Shown piece after piece: positions 24,059-36,700 of a DNA stretch of 64,000 bases. The notes below the pieces were generated by a model. It saw only the letters and a program-made list of their open reading frames with translations. It did no database searches and was not told the DNA's origin. The translations under genes were made by a program, and so were the position numbers. The DNA is from Takakia lepidozioides (lineage: Eukaryota > Plantae > Bryophyta): assembly GCA_030704615.1 (NCBI GenBank), contig CM060734.1, positions 55,490,001-55,554,000 of the forward strand, in the 5' to 3' direction. Positions within the stretch are counted from its first letter, which is position 1, and each line of letters begins with the position of its first letter.

Positions 24059-25099
24059 CTGTGCAGCTGCAGACACGACTAGTGCACATTTTTTCTTGGA
24101 ACCTTGTTTCTCTCATGATCGATGGACTTGCTGCAGCTTCTAAGTCTCTAAGTACTTGCAGGTTAATGTCTAGAAGTTTTGTTATCTACTGCACAGGTTG
24201 CTGGACGATTGCAGTGTATGTTCGTAACAATTCTGAGCTGATCTTCAGGACATTTTTTGATGAATTGTGAATTAGAAATGCACGCACTAATGTTCTGCTT
24301 ATGTCCAGTGCCTAATCTCACTACACCAAATGAATGACAATGGTTTACCCAGCTCTGCTTTTACTTGGTGATTTTTGTGATATTCTAGCATGGGCGGTAA
24401 TGTTTTTTTTTTTTTGGTAATTTTTCTATTAGGTTTCTTTTGGAAGAAATTAGTGCAAGAAAAGTGTTTTATGATGGGTTTGAGAACATGTTTGTTTTTT
24501 AAATTGTTTTTCTTATTTGTGAACAAAACTAAAATGATGCCTAACAGTAAGAGCATAGAGCAGGAGGGAAAGCTAAAGAGAACAAGACAATGAAGCTGCT
24601 GGTGCCCAAAAGAGACACCAGCAGATTTTGAACTGAATCTGCAAAGAGAGAGATGTAACAACAGCTAGGCCTCAAAGCTTCTCGAAGTGTCGGTACAGTT
24701 TGTGTTTGATTTGCATCACAGTTTCCGTTTCTATGCTGCGATATGGACATGGATTGTCAACACAAGAAACATCCATTAAAAACACAAAGCGAGTCACTTC
24801 AACGTGAGGGTAGAAAGTACTTTGGGAATCCGTCACTAATTTTGGAACCAACTTGGAATATTTAAGCTGAGTTGATTGTGCACAGCGCTCAGAGCTGTCT
24901 ATGGGGTGATAGAAATTCATGTTAAGAATCAAACAGTTTGTAGGATATGTCCAGGCCGTGCGAAAGACCCTGAATCACGAATCAGACACAGAATGTTTGC
25001 AAATTATGAGTTCATGAATAAGGTTAAGACTTAAGACGTACGCCGTATAACTTGGTCGAAGTGATGGTCGGGTGACAATCCACACATGTCACTCCGCCT

Positions 25100-25365
25100 A
25101 GTTACCCCAAGCACAGCGCCGTAGCAAGGCCACAGTGAGTTGAGGTTGCACTGTGCTGCACTGGCTTCAGCCCCCATGGCAAGCAGAGCCCGAGAGCAGC
25201 GACACGGTTGTTTCCCTCCATCTTCGAGCACTATCTAGAACCTCTCTCTCACAGGCGCGAAAAGATCAAGCCCTAGAGGTCCCCAGCGTCTTTGCTAATA
25301 TTGGAGGCGAGAGGTGCAAGAAGAAGGTGCAGATGGAGAAGAAAGGTGGGGTTTACATACAATGT
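25100..25365 (-). pseudogene. Truncated inverted duplicate of the nsLTP gene
   Basis: Encodes MGAEASAAQCNLNSLWPCYGAV, nearly identical to the 26432 gene, then diverges; signal-peptide region deleted or frameshifted; TATA and leader region also similar. Confidence 0.85.
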
Positions 25366-26431
25366 TCAAGCGAGAAGCTGAAGAGTTGATTCATGAAGGA
25401 CCCACATTCAACAAGAGCATCTGACACAGGCTCAACTCCGAGCAGTATGTTTAGCGCCTGTTTAGTAATTCCACCCAACTTCATGACCGCTAAGTCAAAC
25501 AAGCCACCTAATCAGCCACTGGATTTTAAGAACACCTCCATTTCTATGTGCACATTAAAAATGCTCAATTCTAACTTGTTTGCTTCCTCCAAGCACCTCT
25601 CAATTGTTGTTTGTTGTCATCCCAAAGACTGACCTGGGTTCTTGGTAGCTCATTTTGAAACTTTCCATTAAGTGATGGGCTGATGTCAATACTGATCCTA
25701 AACGCTCACTAAACACATCTCCATGAACATCTGCATGAATGAAGGATCATTCCCAACTGCACGGTTGACCTTGTGGGTGATGTTTAATTCACAGGGGTCA
25801 GCTCTCAGATTAGCAATTCGGCAGAGTCAGAATTGGCAAACTAAAGCAAACTAATATGTTGGAACTGATTCCAAGATTACATGTTAAACAAGAGGAGATG
25901 ATTATGTGGAGCTCCACAATACTCGCACTAAGCTGAACCAAATGCTACTTTTAAGCTAGACCGTCCACATTCATATGGGTTGACCGCAGAATAAATGAAA
26001 AATAACTGGAAGTGATCTAATCGACTTCATAAGATCAGAAGGCCTTGTCTTTACAAAATGGCATTCTGAAGATAGTAGATTAAGAAGGCAAAGTTGTTGG
26101 GATACCTTCACGATTCCAGCAGAAGATTGCTCTAAGCATCGCCCACCTCGCCACCCAATTAGGTGATCCACTCTCAGCTTCAATGGCCGCAGCCCTGGCA
26201 TGTTACTATCTTAATGACGAGTGGCACCTCAAAATCTGGCGGTGGGTAAAGGTGTGCAAGCTGCCGACCCGGCTCTTGTATAAACACCACCTCTCTCACC
26301 TCATTTCTACCTGACTGCAGATTGTACATCTCCTTGCTGCATCTCTCTTCCTTCCATCTCCCAAGGACGACATCTTTGGAGTCTAGATCTTTTCACGTTT
26401 ATATTACAGGTCCTCTACAGATCTCTTAAAC

Positions 26432-26741
26432 ATGGATGTCCGAAACAAACGTGTCGCCGCTCTCGGGTTCTGCCTCACGCTCGTGGTACTGGCCTCCATG
26501 GCGGCCGAAGCCAGTGCAGCACAGTGCAACCTCAATTCCCTTTGGCCATGCTACGGCGCTGTGCGAGGTGCGCACGTTGGTGTTCCCACGCCCAGCTGCT
26601 GCAATGCTGTGAGAACTGTGGACCCGAACTGCTTATGTCGGCAACTGTTGTCTGGAAGCTACCCCAGCCAGATGATCAACAATGCCCTGAAGCTCCCCAA
26701 GAAATGCAATCGATATAACCTCGCTGGATTCAGATGCGGAC
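26432..26741 (+). CDS. Non-specific lipid transfer protein, exon 1 (type D-like intron position)
   Basis: Signal peptide, full 8-Cys motif C-C-CC-CLC-C-C, GTGAGT donor 4 nt after the last Cys codon, TATAAA ~26279; last exon not firmly located (candidate acceptor ~26924). Confidence 0.9.
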
Positions 26742-28987
26742 GTGAGTCTCTTCCTTTCTATGCAATTTTGTACTTGAACGTGAGGTATGCATGGCTCTTT
26801 TCGACGTGGGTGAGTTGGAACTCGCGAAGTTCTGCAATCATGTCGAGAAGTTTTCCACTGCTCATGATCATCAGTAACTTTGAGTTTTAATGGTGAGTTA
26901 GTATAGATTAGTAGAGGAATGCAGGCATACTTTACACGCCTGGATCTCAAGTAATTTTGACAGGGCCTACATTGGAGGCTTTGACACTCTGTAACGTCCT
27001 GTAGTTCATATTCTGTCGGTACCCCTCATCTTGTTCACAACCAGAGACGTGCAGTTGCGACGATTGACCTAAGGTGCTGAGGCTACATGTCCATGATCTG
27101 CTCCTGAAATGCTGTCTTAGTTTCGGATTTGTATTACGTTGAGATTCCGTTTTCACCATGAGAATATTAAGAGAAATGTTGGTTGCCCCGTGCTCCTGTG
27201 TGCAGGATACACCGTGCCACACTAAGTGCATCGCACTCGAAACCAGCGGAAGCAACAGAGGGCCATCTGGAGCTCAGGTGTCAAGAGCTCCAATTCTTGG
27301 CGGCCATTGTATTTCAGACTGGACTGTAGGTCTCTTAGTAGAGATTACTATATTGGAGCATCATACCTACGTACTTAGATATCCAGCTGCTTTTAGATTT
27401 TAAATTTAGTCTTCGCTGGTTGATTTATGGGAGATTTATGGTTGTCTGAGCTGCGCAGTGCTACGAGTGTCATCACTACCTAATCATTATCTAGATCTAT
27501 TATCCGACAATGGCTGGAGCAGCCTGTTTACACGATATAATTTACAGGCTCACCTGCAGTTTTTCCAGACAGTGGAGTCGTGCTTGAATTCGTTTTCACT
27601 CCGGTTTTCTTTTTCATTCTGCAACTGGTTCTGGGATGTTCGACTTCCCAGGCCTCCCTCTGCTTGTAGCTCCATAGTGCTCAAGAAGAATGGGCCACTG
27701 GAGTAAATTCCAAAGGCACAACTAGGGCCAGGATAGGAATTCCACCAATATGCTATTGAGACTGAAACTTTACATATAAGCACTCATCAGAAATATCATA
27801 CAATCTGGTCATTATCGGTATTGCATTTACAAGTGTCCTAATACAACATGCTGTTCATATGCATCTCAGCACTACAATATAAGCACCCTTAGTCGTGCAG
27901 AGAAACATAATTACCAAGCCCAAGCCTTGTAGTGATGAGTGCTTTCTTGTCTAATAGTATCAAGATGCATGTACACCACCAACTAACTAAGCTAGAACCA
28001 TAGCAACAACAGAGGTACTGCACACTTTGATATCATGAAAGCCCAAGCCCACGTACCTGGTAAGGAAACCTCCAGGATAGATCTTAGAACTGCTTTCGGG
28101 TTTGGCTGCACAGTCGCTTTGACAGTACAGCAGCGATTGCGTTGTCTAACAGATAACTGCGCGCTTCAATCTGTTTGGTAGCCACTTCAGTACTTGGGCG
28201 GCCGTCGCACCGCATTCCACCACATGATGAGTCCGTGCGACCTGCTGAGTTTTACTAGTCTCTCTGCATAATCTCTCTCTCTCTCTCCGCGGACGTTTTC
28301 AAAAGGAAACCGCGAACGTTATAAAGTACCATTTCATTTCATTTCTCTCTGCCTCTGCCTGTGATATCGTCTGTCTCTAACGAGTTCGCTCTCTCTTGTA
28401 GGATCCAGAGCTCTACGGAGAATGCACAGTTGCTGTTACTGTAGGTTAGTTACAGCTGCAGGCAGAGTTTTTTCAAAGTACACGTGTAAGATGTAGCATA
28501 GTTCCTTAGAAGTGGTTGGAGGCAGCTATGGGTGGGGGCTCAATCACTTCAGAAGAGTTGGCGGAGGATCTCGCTGCCTGGTGCGTCGTGGAGTACTCTG
28601 AAGAGGAAACCCGTGAATATTGTGCCCTTGGAGACATATGGGCAATTTTGCAGGTAACTGTTTGACGCATGTCGATGAATTTTCTTCTCCTTCGTCAAGA
28701 TTAAAAGGTTGGTTTTGTACATTGAATGATCCTTCCAGGTACCAGCAATTCTGCGTTCAATACAGAGACGGAAGCTATTGATCAGTTGGAACATATATAT
28801 ATGCAGTTTTTGACACGCTAAAAGTTCATTGAGCGCTTGGTCAATTGTGTGTCGCTGCTCCGATAGAACCAGCCAATACTTCAAGACAGTCCTTTTCCTA
28901 AGATTTTAGTCTGTTCTTAGTTGCTTCTGTATCTCCCTGGTTAACGATGCGTTAATATCTGTCATCACACACCAGTGACATTCTTCT

Positions 28988-29881
28988 GTGCAGGAGGGTG
29001 CGCGGGCTAAACCTGTCTGTAGAAAAGATGCTTCCTACAATCAGAAAACACGGTTTGAACATTTTCAAGGAGAGGACTCTACCAATATAGCTTCATCCGA
29101 CGGCAAGGGACTGCCTGCATACACAGTGGAAAACAATCCGGGATTGGATCATAGTAAGGCTCATGCGCTACTAATGGGAGAAAATCCGAAACAGAAGGTC
29201 CTTCTTGAGACGCTACAGGATTCTCTCCTGACGTATTGTCCTACGTTTCCAGAGAAACCAGGGAATCCCTTCTTAGCTGGAGTCATCAACGGCGATGAGC
29301 TGCTTGTAACCTTGGAAAATTATATGCCACAAACCTTGGCACCATCAAAAGTTCGGTCTGAGGATGTTGCGAGCCGGCCAACAGAGGGAGAGAAGGAGAT
29401 TCAAGAATCATGGGCCCTGCAGAGCCTGGATCAGCTGAAGGGTGAGGATGCTAACTGTTCAAAGGCAGGTGCAGCAGCTGTGCAACAGTCTCCGAGAGTT
29501 GGGGCAGTACATGAGGTGCCAACCTTTGATCTTCAAGCACAACGTCCCACTGACAGCGTAGCGGTGAACAACTCGCCGCACAATCCAGTCGTCACAGATG
29601 CTTCGAAGTCATTAACTGCTTGCCAGACTTCTGCAATCAAGGAATTTCGAAATGAGAAGCTAGCTGCCTCGAAGCTTCTGAAGAGAGACGATGTGCCAGG
29701 ATCAACCTGGCAGAAGAGTCGAGGCATGTCCGGCAAGCTTGGCCAGGACAACTTGGGTTTACACACAGAAAGAAACATTGGGCCCCCTTATCCAAACACA
29801 TCAACTCATGGACCTGGAGACTCCAGAGGCCACAAGAAAGAGTTCAGCGACAGAGGTTTCTTTCAGATGTACTTTCCATGA
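28988..29881 (+). CDS. Uncharacterised 297-codon ORF, probably a terminal exon
   Basis: Long stop-free frame preceded by TTCTTCTGTGCAG acceptor; hydrophilic, no recognisable domain. Confidence 0.45.
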   Translation: MQEGARAKPVCRKDASYNQKTRFEHFQGEDSTNIASSDGKGLPAYTVENNPGLDHSKAHALLMGENPKQKVLLETLQDSLLTYCPTFPEKPGNPFLAGVINGDELLVTLENYMPQTLAPSKVRSEDVASRPTEGEKEIQESWALQSLDQLKGEDANCSKAGAAAVQQSPRVGAVHEVPTFDLQAQRPTDSVAVNNSPHNPVVTDASKSLTACQTSAIKEFRNEKLAASKLLKRDDVPGSTWQKSRGMSGKLGQDNLGLHTERNIGPPYPNTSTHGPGDSRGHKKEFSDRGFFQMYFP

Positions 29882-31501
29882 TTCTACATTGCCTTAATCC
29901 AGAACATTCGCAGGCCGGGTGGACGCTGCTAGCTGAAGCCAAGAGGATGCATCTAGGCGTTTAGTCGTTTGCAAACTTGTAACTAAAGAACTGTTGAAGG
30001 ATTTTGTAGGTATCAGTCCTCACTAAGGCGTCTCCTGGTGTGGAGGCTTCACTGACACACCTGATGCACTGACTACCCTGGAGATTTTGCGGATACCTCC
30101 CATCGTCCAATAGTCCTCCCATCCTCCCATCCCTTTTTGTGTAGTCCTCCCATCCTCGAATTCATGATCCATAATTTTGCAAGTGTTCCGAAGGCGCAAG
30201 ATGTGTCCTTTCTGATGAACTCGACATGACTCGATCTCAATAATGCACATATGAATGCGAGCTCCATACGTATGCCACATTCACCAGAATTCTGTATGTA
30301 CATATTAACATATCAGCTCCTTGCCCCGTGCAGTGTACTGTAATGCATGAACGTGAAACTTACCTACCTGCATACATTTCCTGCACCCTGCGTTCTAGCT
30401 TAGGACATTCTATATCCCATTTGCACTCTAGGATAACACCTCATTTCTGCCTTAGAGCGCGTCCAGAATTCTTCTCTTTAAACCCAATCCAGAGGCACCA
30501 CTCATACCCCTAAATTCACAAGCCACAAGAATGGGCCTTCAAAGGTATGTTGGGGCCAATTTGAAAGCCTATGGGGCATCCATAAGGGAAAGAAAAGCTG
30601 GAGTTGCAGATGGCCCACACTAGCACTTGCTGATTCCAAAATGCTGCAGACCACTCACAAGAAAGTGCAGGTGGCAGTGAAGTCTTACTCCTTCATCAGA
30701 AGTTGATGCTGCCAGCAGTTTTCAGTTGTGCAAGGAGATATCCTTCAACAACCCCAGAATGTAATCCAAGCTTGTTGCATGAACTTCCTTGGGAAACTTG
30801 TTCCTGCAGTGGTTAATGAGACTGCCATGCATTCATGGTGAAATGACCTAAGCAGGAATTTTTGGAACTCTTGACAAATTATAAACAGGAGTTGCCAGGA
30901 CAAGGATAACTTTAATTGTCACATGCAACCTGGGTCTATTGCACAACTTCTTTACAGCCCATCAGATCTCAATATGTTCCTGTTTGCTTGTGATGCATAA
31001 TACACCGTCACCTTTTCCATCACCTCAGTCATGTGAGAGATTGTTAAGAGGAGTGCGCCAAGTTGGTCTTTTACATGAAACAAGCTGCTCTGAAATAGTA
31101 CAGTAGTCCTACTCCCTGCCTCTCCATCCAAACTTAACACAATATCTATCCATTAAATCTCTGCAGTGAGACAGGTGGAGAGGCCTATCGGCTGGAGGCA
31201 ACTCATGCTGATTCCAGCAATTGTTGTACCTTATTTTCAAAGAGAGCACAGTAGAGTGACAGTTCTACAGATAGACGAACAGTCACAAGGTAACCATGCC
31301 TCATGTAATAGGATCAATAGCACTGCTATCAAGATACCTAAGAATAAAATAATTTCAGCTACAAGCTGTGTGTCTCAGTTTCTTACCTTCACCAGGTAGC
31401 AATAAGAGAGAACTCGCGAGTTCTATCCAGTATATATACGAGCTTCTTTCCCTACAATTGACATTTTTAGATTACAAAACAAGAAAGCTGTGAAGACAGC
31501 C

Positions 31502-32120
31502 CTAAGTTCTGTCACTCCTCGGGGTTGCCCATTCAACACGCAGGATGAGATTGTCATATCCATAACCGTCCAGCTTGGTGATGGCTCGGATCGCATCATC
31601 CCTGCACAACCATTCCATAAACCAATCAGGAAACTTGAGGACCTCGGGCAGCCAGCACAGAGGACCACAGTGACACCAAAGTTGATTGGTTGATGGGTGG
31701 AGTCTTAGCAACAAACCACCATCACATCAGTCGCTCACATGTGACCTGTGTCTCTAAGAGAGTTAATGCTGGGAGACCACCATCTACATGCCTAATATTT
31801 AGAGGTGGGGCAACAAACAGGTCTTTCTACTCAAGTGGAGGCAACATGACGAAACACAACAAAATCAAAACCACAAAAAAAACACACCTGTTGACGAAAT
31901 TGATGAAGGCAAACGCACGACTGAGCCCTGTTTCCCGATCAAATGCAACATGTATGCGAGAAATGGCACCAAACGGTCTAAAAAGCTCCTGGAGATCCTG
32001 TTCCCGGGTGTCCTCAGACAGATTCGTGACCTGGATAGAGTTGTCGTCCCTTCCCCTGCGCATACTCTCACCCTCATTTCCTTTAGCCCCTCCTCGCATA
32101 CTGGGAGGAAATCATGTAGG
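31502..32120 (-). pseudogene. eIF3g: 3' fragment of eIF3 subunit G (RRM exons)
   Basis: PPSMRGGA...DDNSIQVTNLSEDTREQDLQELFRPFGAISRI...FAFINFVNR, intron 31887-31602, DDAIRAITKLDGYGYDNLILRVEWATPR; 5' exons not found in the window. Confidence 0.92.
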
Positions 32121-33713
32121 TGTGTCGAGAGAGTGCGAGTTGCAAACACGACCAAGACCAAGATTGAAGACCAGATAACTAAACATTATTCTTTGCCTCT
32201 TTTATTTTCTAAAAACTATTATCCTTATTATTATTAATTTCCTTTTTTTTTTTTTTTTTTTTTTTTTCTTTTTTTTCCGAATCCATCATGGTCCATGAGG
32301 ACAAATACAAAGGAAACTATGACCATTGCTTATAGAGCGTACCTTATTGCATGGAGTCTTGCCATCGCTTATAAAATGTACTCTCACGTTAAAGAAATTT
32401 TACTTTACTTTACTTTATCTTACTCCTCTAAAGAAATAATTGTTACGGTTGGGTAAGTAAATGGGCACGGTGCTGGTACTTATTAGCAATCACCCAGTAG
32501 AGCCCAGCCCTGGAAAGGGGAAAAGAATGGGCCCAGCCTTACAGGGTAGTCCCATGAGATATCTTACGCGGGAGATATGTCTTACAGGGGATTTCTGGCC
32601 TGTAAGACCCCCCATCGGAAAATTCTGCTCCAGAAGATCCCTAAAAACACAAAGGGGAAAAGTTCGAGAACCTTTACGACATCCAGAAGTCAAAAGTATA
32701 TAAGAATTTGTTCTCAAGTATTCATGTAAGATAGAAAGTCTAGATACAATAGAGTGACATGGCCTCAGATTACATAATACTGTCTAGGTGAGTCACGAAT
32801 GGTCCAATCCTATCTTCATGGGATAGTGTGTATACTTTTAGTTCGGGAACTCTAAATTGTGATGCAGTGACATTGTCACAGAGGCAAGTCCCATCTCTCG
32901 AGAGTGACATGGAAATTAGGAAGTGTAACTCTATTCGAGGTGATACTGGGTTGCCATGGGAGGGAGTGTAAACTGCACTTGGGGTTACAACTAGGTTTAC
33001 ATGGTGGGAAGTGTAACTACACTTGGGGTTATACCGGGTTACAGAGGGAGTGTAAACCTGCACTTGGGGTTACACTAGGGTACATGGTGGGAAGTGTAAC
33101 TACACTTGGTTATTTAAACCGGGTTACAGGGGGAGTAAAATAACTCCACTTGAGATTAACCGGGTTACACGGCAGGGAGTATAACTCCACTTGAGAGTAC
33201 ACCCGGGTTACATGGCGGGGAGGGTACTCTACTCTACTCGACCATAACTCACACTTGGTCCTCAAAATTTGACTAATTTCAAATTTGGCTAAGTATGGAA
33301 TGGACTAAGAGGAGTTATATAAGATATAGGGTGACAACCAACTCCACTTGGGGTTATACCATGTTTACATGGCAGGGAGTGTACCTCCATTCGGGGTTAC
33401 ACTGGATTAGATGGAAAGGAGTCTAACTCTACTCGACGTAACTCACATTTGTTCTCAAAAATTTTGACTAATTCCAATGGACTACGATGAGTTATATAAG
33501 ACACAAGGTGCGGTAACTCCACTTGGGGTACATCGGGTTACAATCGTCGTGAATGTAACTTCCATTCGGGGTTACACTAGATTACATGGAAGAGAGTGTA
33601 ACTCTACTCGGCGTGACTCACACTTGGGTCTCAAAATTTGACTTATTTTCCAAATTAGGCTAAGTATAAAATGAGCTAAGATAGGAGTTAGACACAGACA
33701 CAGAGTGACACTA
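32121..33713 (-). mobile_element. LTR-like remnant truncating eIF3g
   Basis: Ends ...CTCGACACA on the minus strand exactly where eIF3g homology stops; AATAAA and TATA-like motifs; internal tandem array. Confidence 0.4.
32920..33660 (+). repeat. ~39-bp tandem repeat with higher-order units
   Basis: Recurring CACTTGGGGTTA(C/T)AC..GG.TTACATGG..GG.AGTGTAACT. Confidence 0.9.
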
Positions 33714-36700
33714 TGTCGCGCACCTCACTTCGTGAGCTCCCCCCTCAAGTCATAGTTACTCGTCTGATGCGCGCAGCCTAACTCCCAACCTGGCAGCCGG
33801 GCCCAACTCGGAGCTTCGACTGCTCACCCGGGGCATAACGGTCTCCCTTTTTGTTCCTCCCAAAGAACCCTCCACGATTCGGAACCAGCGGAATTTCCCT
33901 TTGGTAGTTGGCAGTCCGGAACACTCCCCACTCTTTGGTCGCTTTCCGGCTTCGGCTCGCATCCGCTTACTCACTAGTTTTGGTCACCACGGGCTTTGCA
34001 ACCGTTCTCGGGGTTACTACTCACTCCCTATATATATCTTTTGTAGCTGTCCGGCGGGGGTTTCACAAACAAACCATGTGCCATTTTATGGCTGAACCAC
34101 CACGAACACACCCTCGACTCCCGGTGATGAGTCCGGCGGTGAGTCTTGGCCCCACCCACCACGGCCCCTATGGACCGTGATGAGGTCCCCAAGACTCCCA
34201 CGACTCCCACACCACGAGGTCTCCGCCCCAGGGTGAGTCATATGCCACCCCCACTAAGTCCCCCTAAGCTATAAACCACCACCCCCTTGTGGAGACCACC
34301 CCCACCGCAAACCCTTGCTCAAGGTGATGCCAAAAAGCGGCATCATGAGCGGTCGCAAGCATGTTGTTGCAGTAAGGCGATTCGATCCTCGGGGAGGATC
34401 GTTCCTTGGCCTTGAAGTAGGCCAAGAAAGAGTGCACTGGGAGGAGCTTGAGAGGCTCCCACTTGGCTGGGACTTGGAGGAAGTTCGGCCCGAACTAGCT
34501 AGTGGAGAGTAGCCAAGTGTGGGGTTTGGTTTCTTTGGCCATGGGACGCCATGGTACGGAAACAAACTCCTTGATGTGGACGCCACAACTTGGATGTTCG
34601 TTTCACACAAAATGGACAAGCCGATGAGGACACTCGACTCCCTGTTTGGTATGGATGTGTGTCGTGGCCCTTTGCCTTGAGGGCAGGGGTCGGGACACAA
34701 GAGGGGTTGCCCCTGTGGTGGGGGCAGTGGCAGCGATAGGTATGGGGGCTGAAGCACCCTTGAGTGCCCAAGGCACTCAGAGGCGGAGGCGCTCACTAGT
34801 GTGGAGCCCCCGTGAATTGGGAACCCTTATTGACTAGGAAGATAACCTTGAACCAACCGCCGCCCCCAATCACTACAATTGGGTCCATCTTTAAAATGTT
34901 GGCCCTGAGGTACGGGAACACGCCGAAGCCGCACTAAAACGACTTCGTCCCGGGCTACACGATTATAGTACGTGAACGAAGCACGTAGCTTCCCGCGTTA
35001 GCCCGCACTACAAAGCAACCCCTCGGTAGCGCAGTTATAATATGTGCACTCGCCAGGTGCGCACTAGCACGTGAACTCCTAAAAAAGGCGCAAGTTTTTT
35101 TTGCCCCTTGAATGGAGTCACTCGATTTTCGGCACTGCACAAACACAACGATTAACCCAATTTACAATCTCCCACTTTTGTAAGCTAGCATGCATTCTAA
35201 ACACCACTAGCCAACCACACCATGCATCACCATCCAAACAAAATAGACGCACACCATTTGGAACCCTTTCCTTTATTACAATTTTTTGTACAATACAGTT
35301 TTTGCAATCGGATTCCTAAGCTAGCTAAGCTAAGCCGGGCTAAGCATGCATTTCCCTTCCTCCCCCACGCTCCAAGTTGATGTCCCCATCAACGCTTCTT
35401 TCCTTTGGAGGTCGCCCTTCAAAACTGCAACCGACCCCGGCGGATGCGTTTCCCATTTCTGAGGCACGACCCAAAAAATGCCTCACATGATGATAGCCCT
35501 TCCATTTGACGAGATACTACTCCGTTTCTCGGTTCTTGAACCTCCTCGACTTAAGTACTTGCCTCCACCTCGTACTTAGGTTCATTTTCATGATCCAACC
35601 GCACAGGTGGCGGACGCAATACTTGATGCCGATTCGGACGCGCTTCATCTTGAAGTAAGGCTTCAAAGGGAGACGTGGAATACTGGATGCACCTTTGCTG
35701 TTTGCCGGCAGCGTCCATTCATACACATCCTCATTCATAACCTTCCGGATGCGAAAGGGTCCCGCATACGGAGGTACGAACTTTGGACTCAACTTCCGAG
35801 GTAGTCGAATTTTTGATGTTCAACCAGACCTCCGTGCCTGCCTCAAACTTCACTTCCCTCCGCTTCCATTCACCTGCCTTTCATACCGTTTCCTTCCTAG
35901 CTTGGCAATGTTGTACTTTGCGAGCTTTTCACAAACGCTCGCGTTCTCAGTAGTACCGCCGCTACTGCCGGTTCCTCAACGTCCTGGGCGGCCCAACTTG
36001 TCGGCACCAGAGGTGCTTTTTCCATAGACCAATACAAAAGGGGAAACTCCCGTTGCGGAGTGTTCTGTGTTATTATAACAGAACTCTGTCTCGTCTAAGT
36101 GTTCCACCCAGTCTGTTTGGTCTGCCGACACGTAATTCCGCAGATCTGCTTCACTACGGAATTCAGTCTTTCCGTTTGGCCGTCGGTTGTAGGTCGGAAG
36201 GCGGTGCTCATCTTCAGCCTCGTCCCACATCTTCTTCCAAAAGTGCCCTCCAAAATTTACTCGTAAACTTTGGATCGCGGTCCGAGACAATATCCGTCTC
36301 GGGACTCCATGATGCTTTAAGACGTGGGCGAAGTAAAGTCGCTTTTCTCATAGAGGCGGCCCAACTTGTCGGCACCAGAGGTGCTTTTCTCATAGACCAA
36401 TACAAAAGGGGAACTCCCGTTGCGGAGTGTTCTGTGTTATTATAACAGAACTCGTCTCGTCTAAGTGTTCCACCCAGTCTGTTTGGTCTGCCGACACGTA
36501 ATTCCGCAAGATCTGCTCACTACGGAATTCAGTCTTTCCGTTTGGCCGTCGGTTGTAGGTCGGAAGGCGGTGCTCATCTTCAGCCCTCGTCCCCATCTTC
36601 TTCCAAAGTGCCCTCCAAAATTTACTCGTAAACTTTGGATCGCGGTCCGAGACAATATCCTTCGGGACTCCATGATGCTTTAAGACGTGGGCGAAGTAAG

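Noticed and set aside
28250-28400. miR156/529-type precursor
   Set aside because: Only CT microsatellite; no recognisable mature miRNA or foldback
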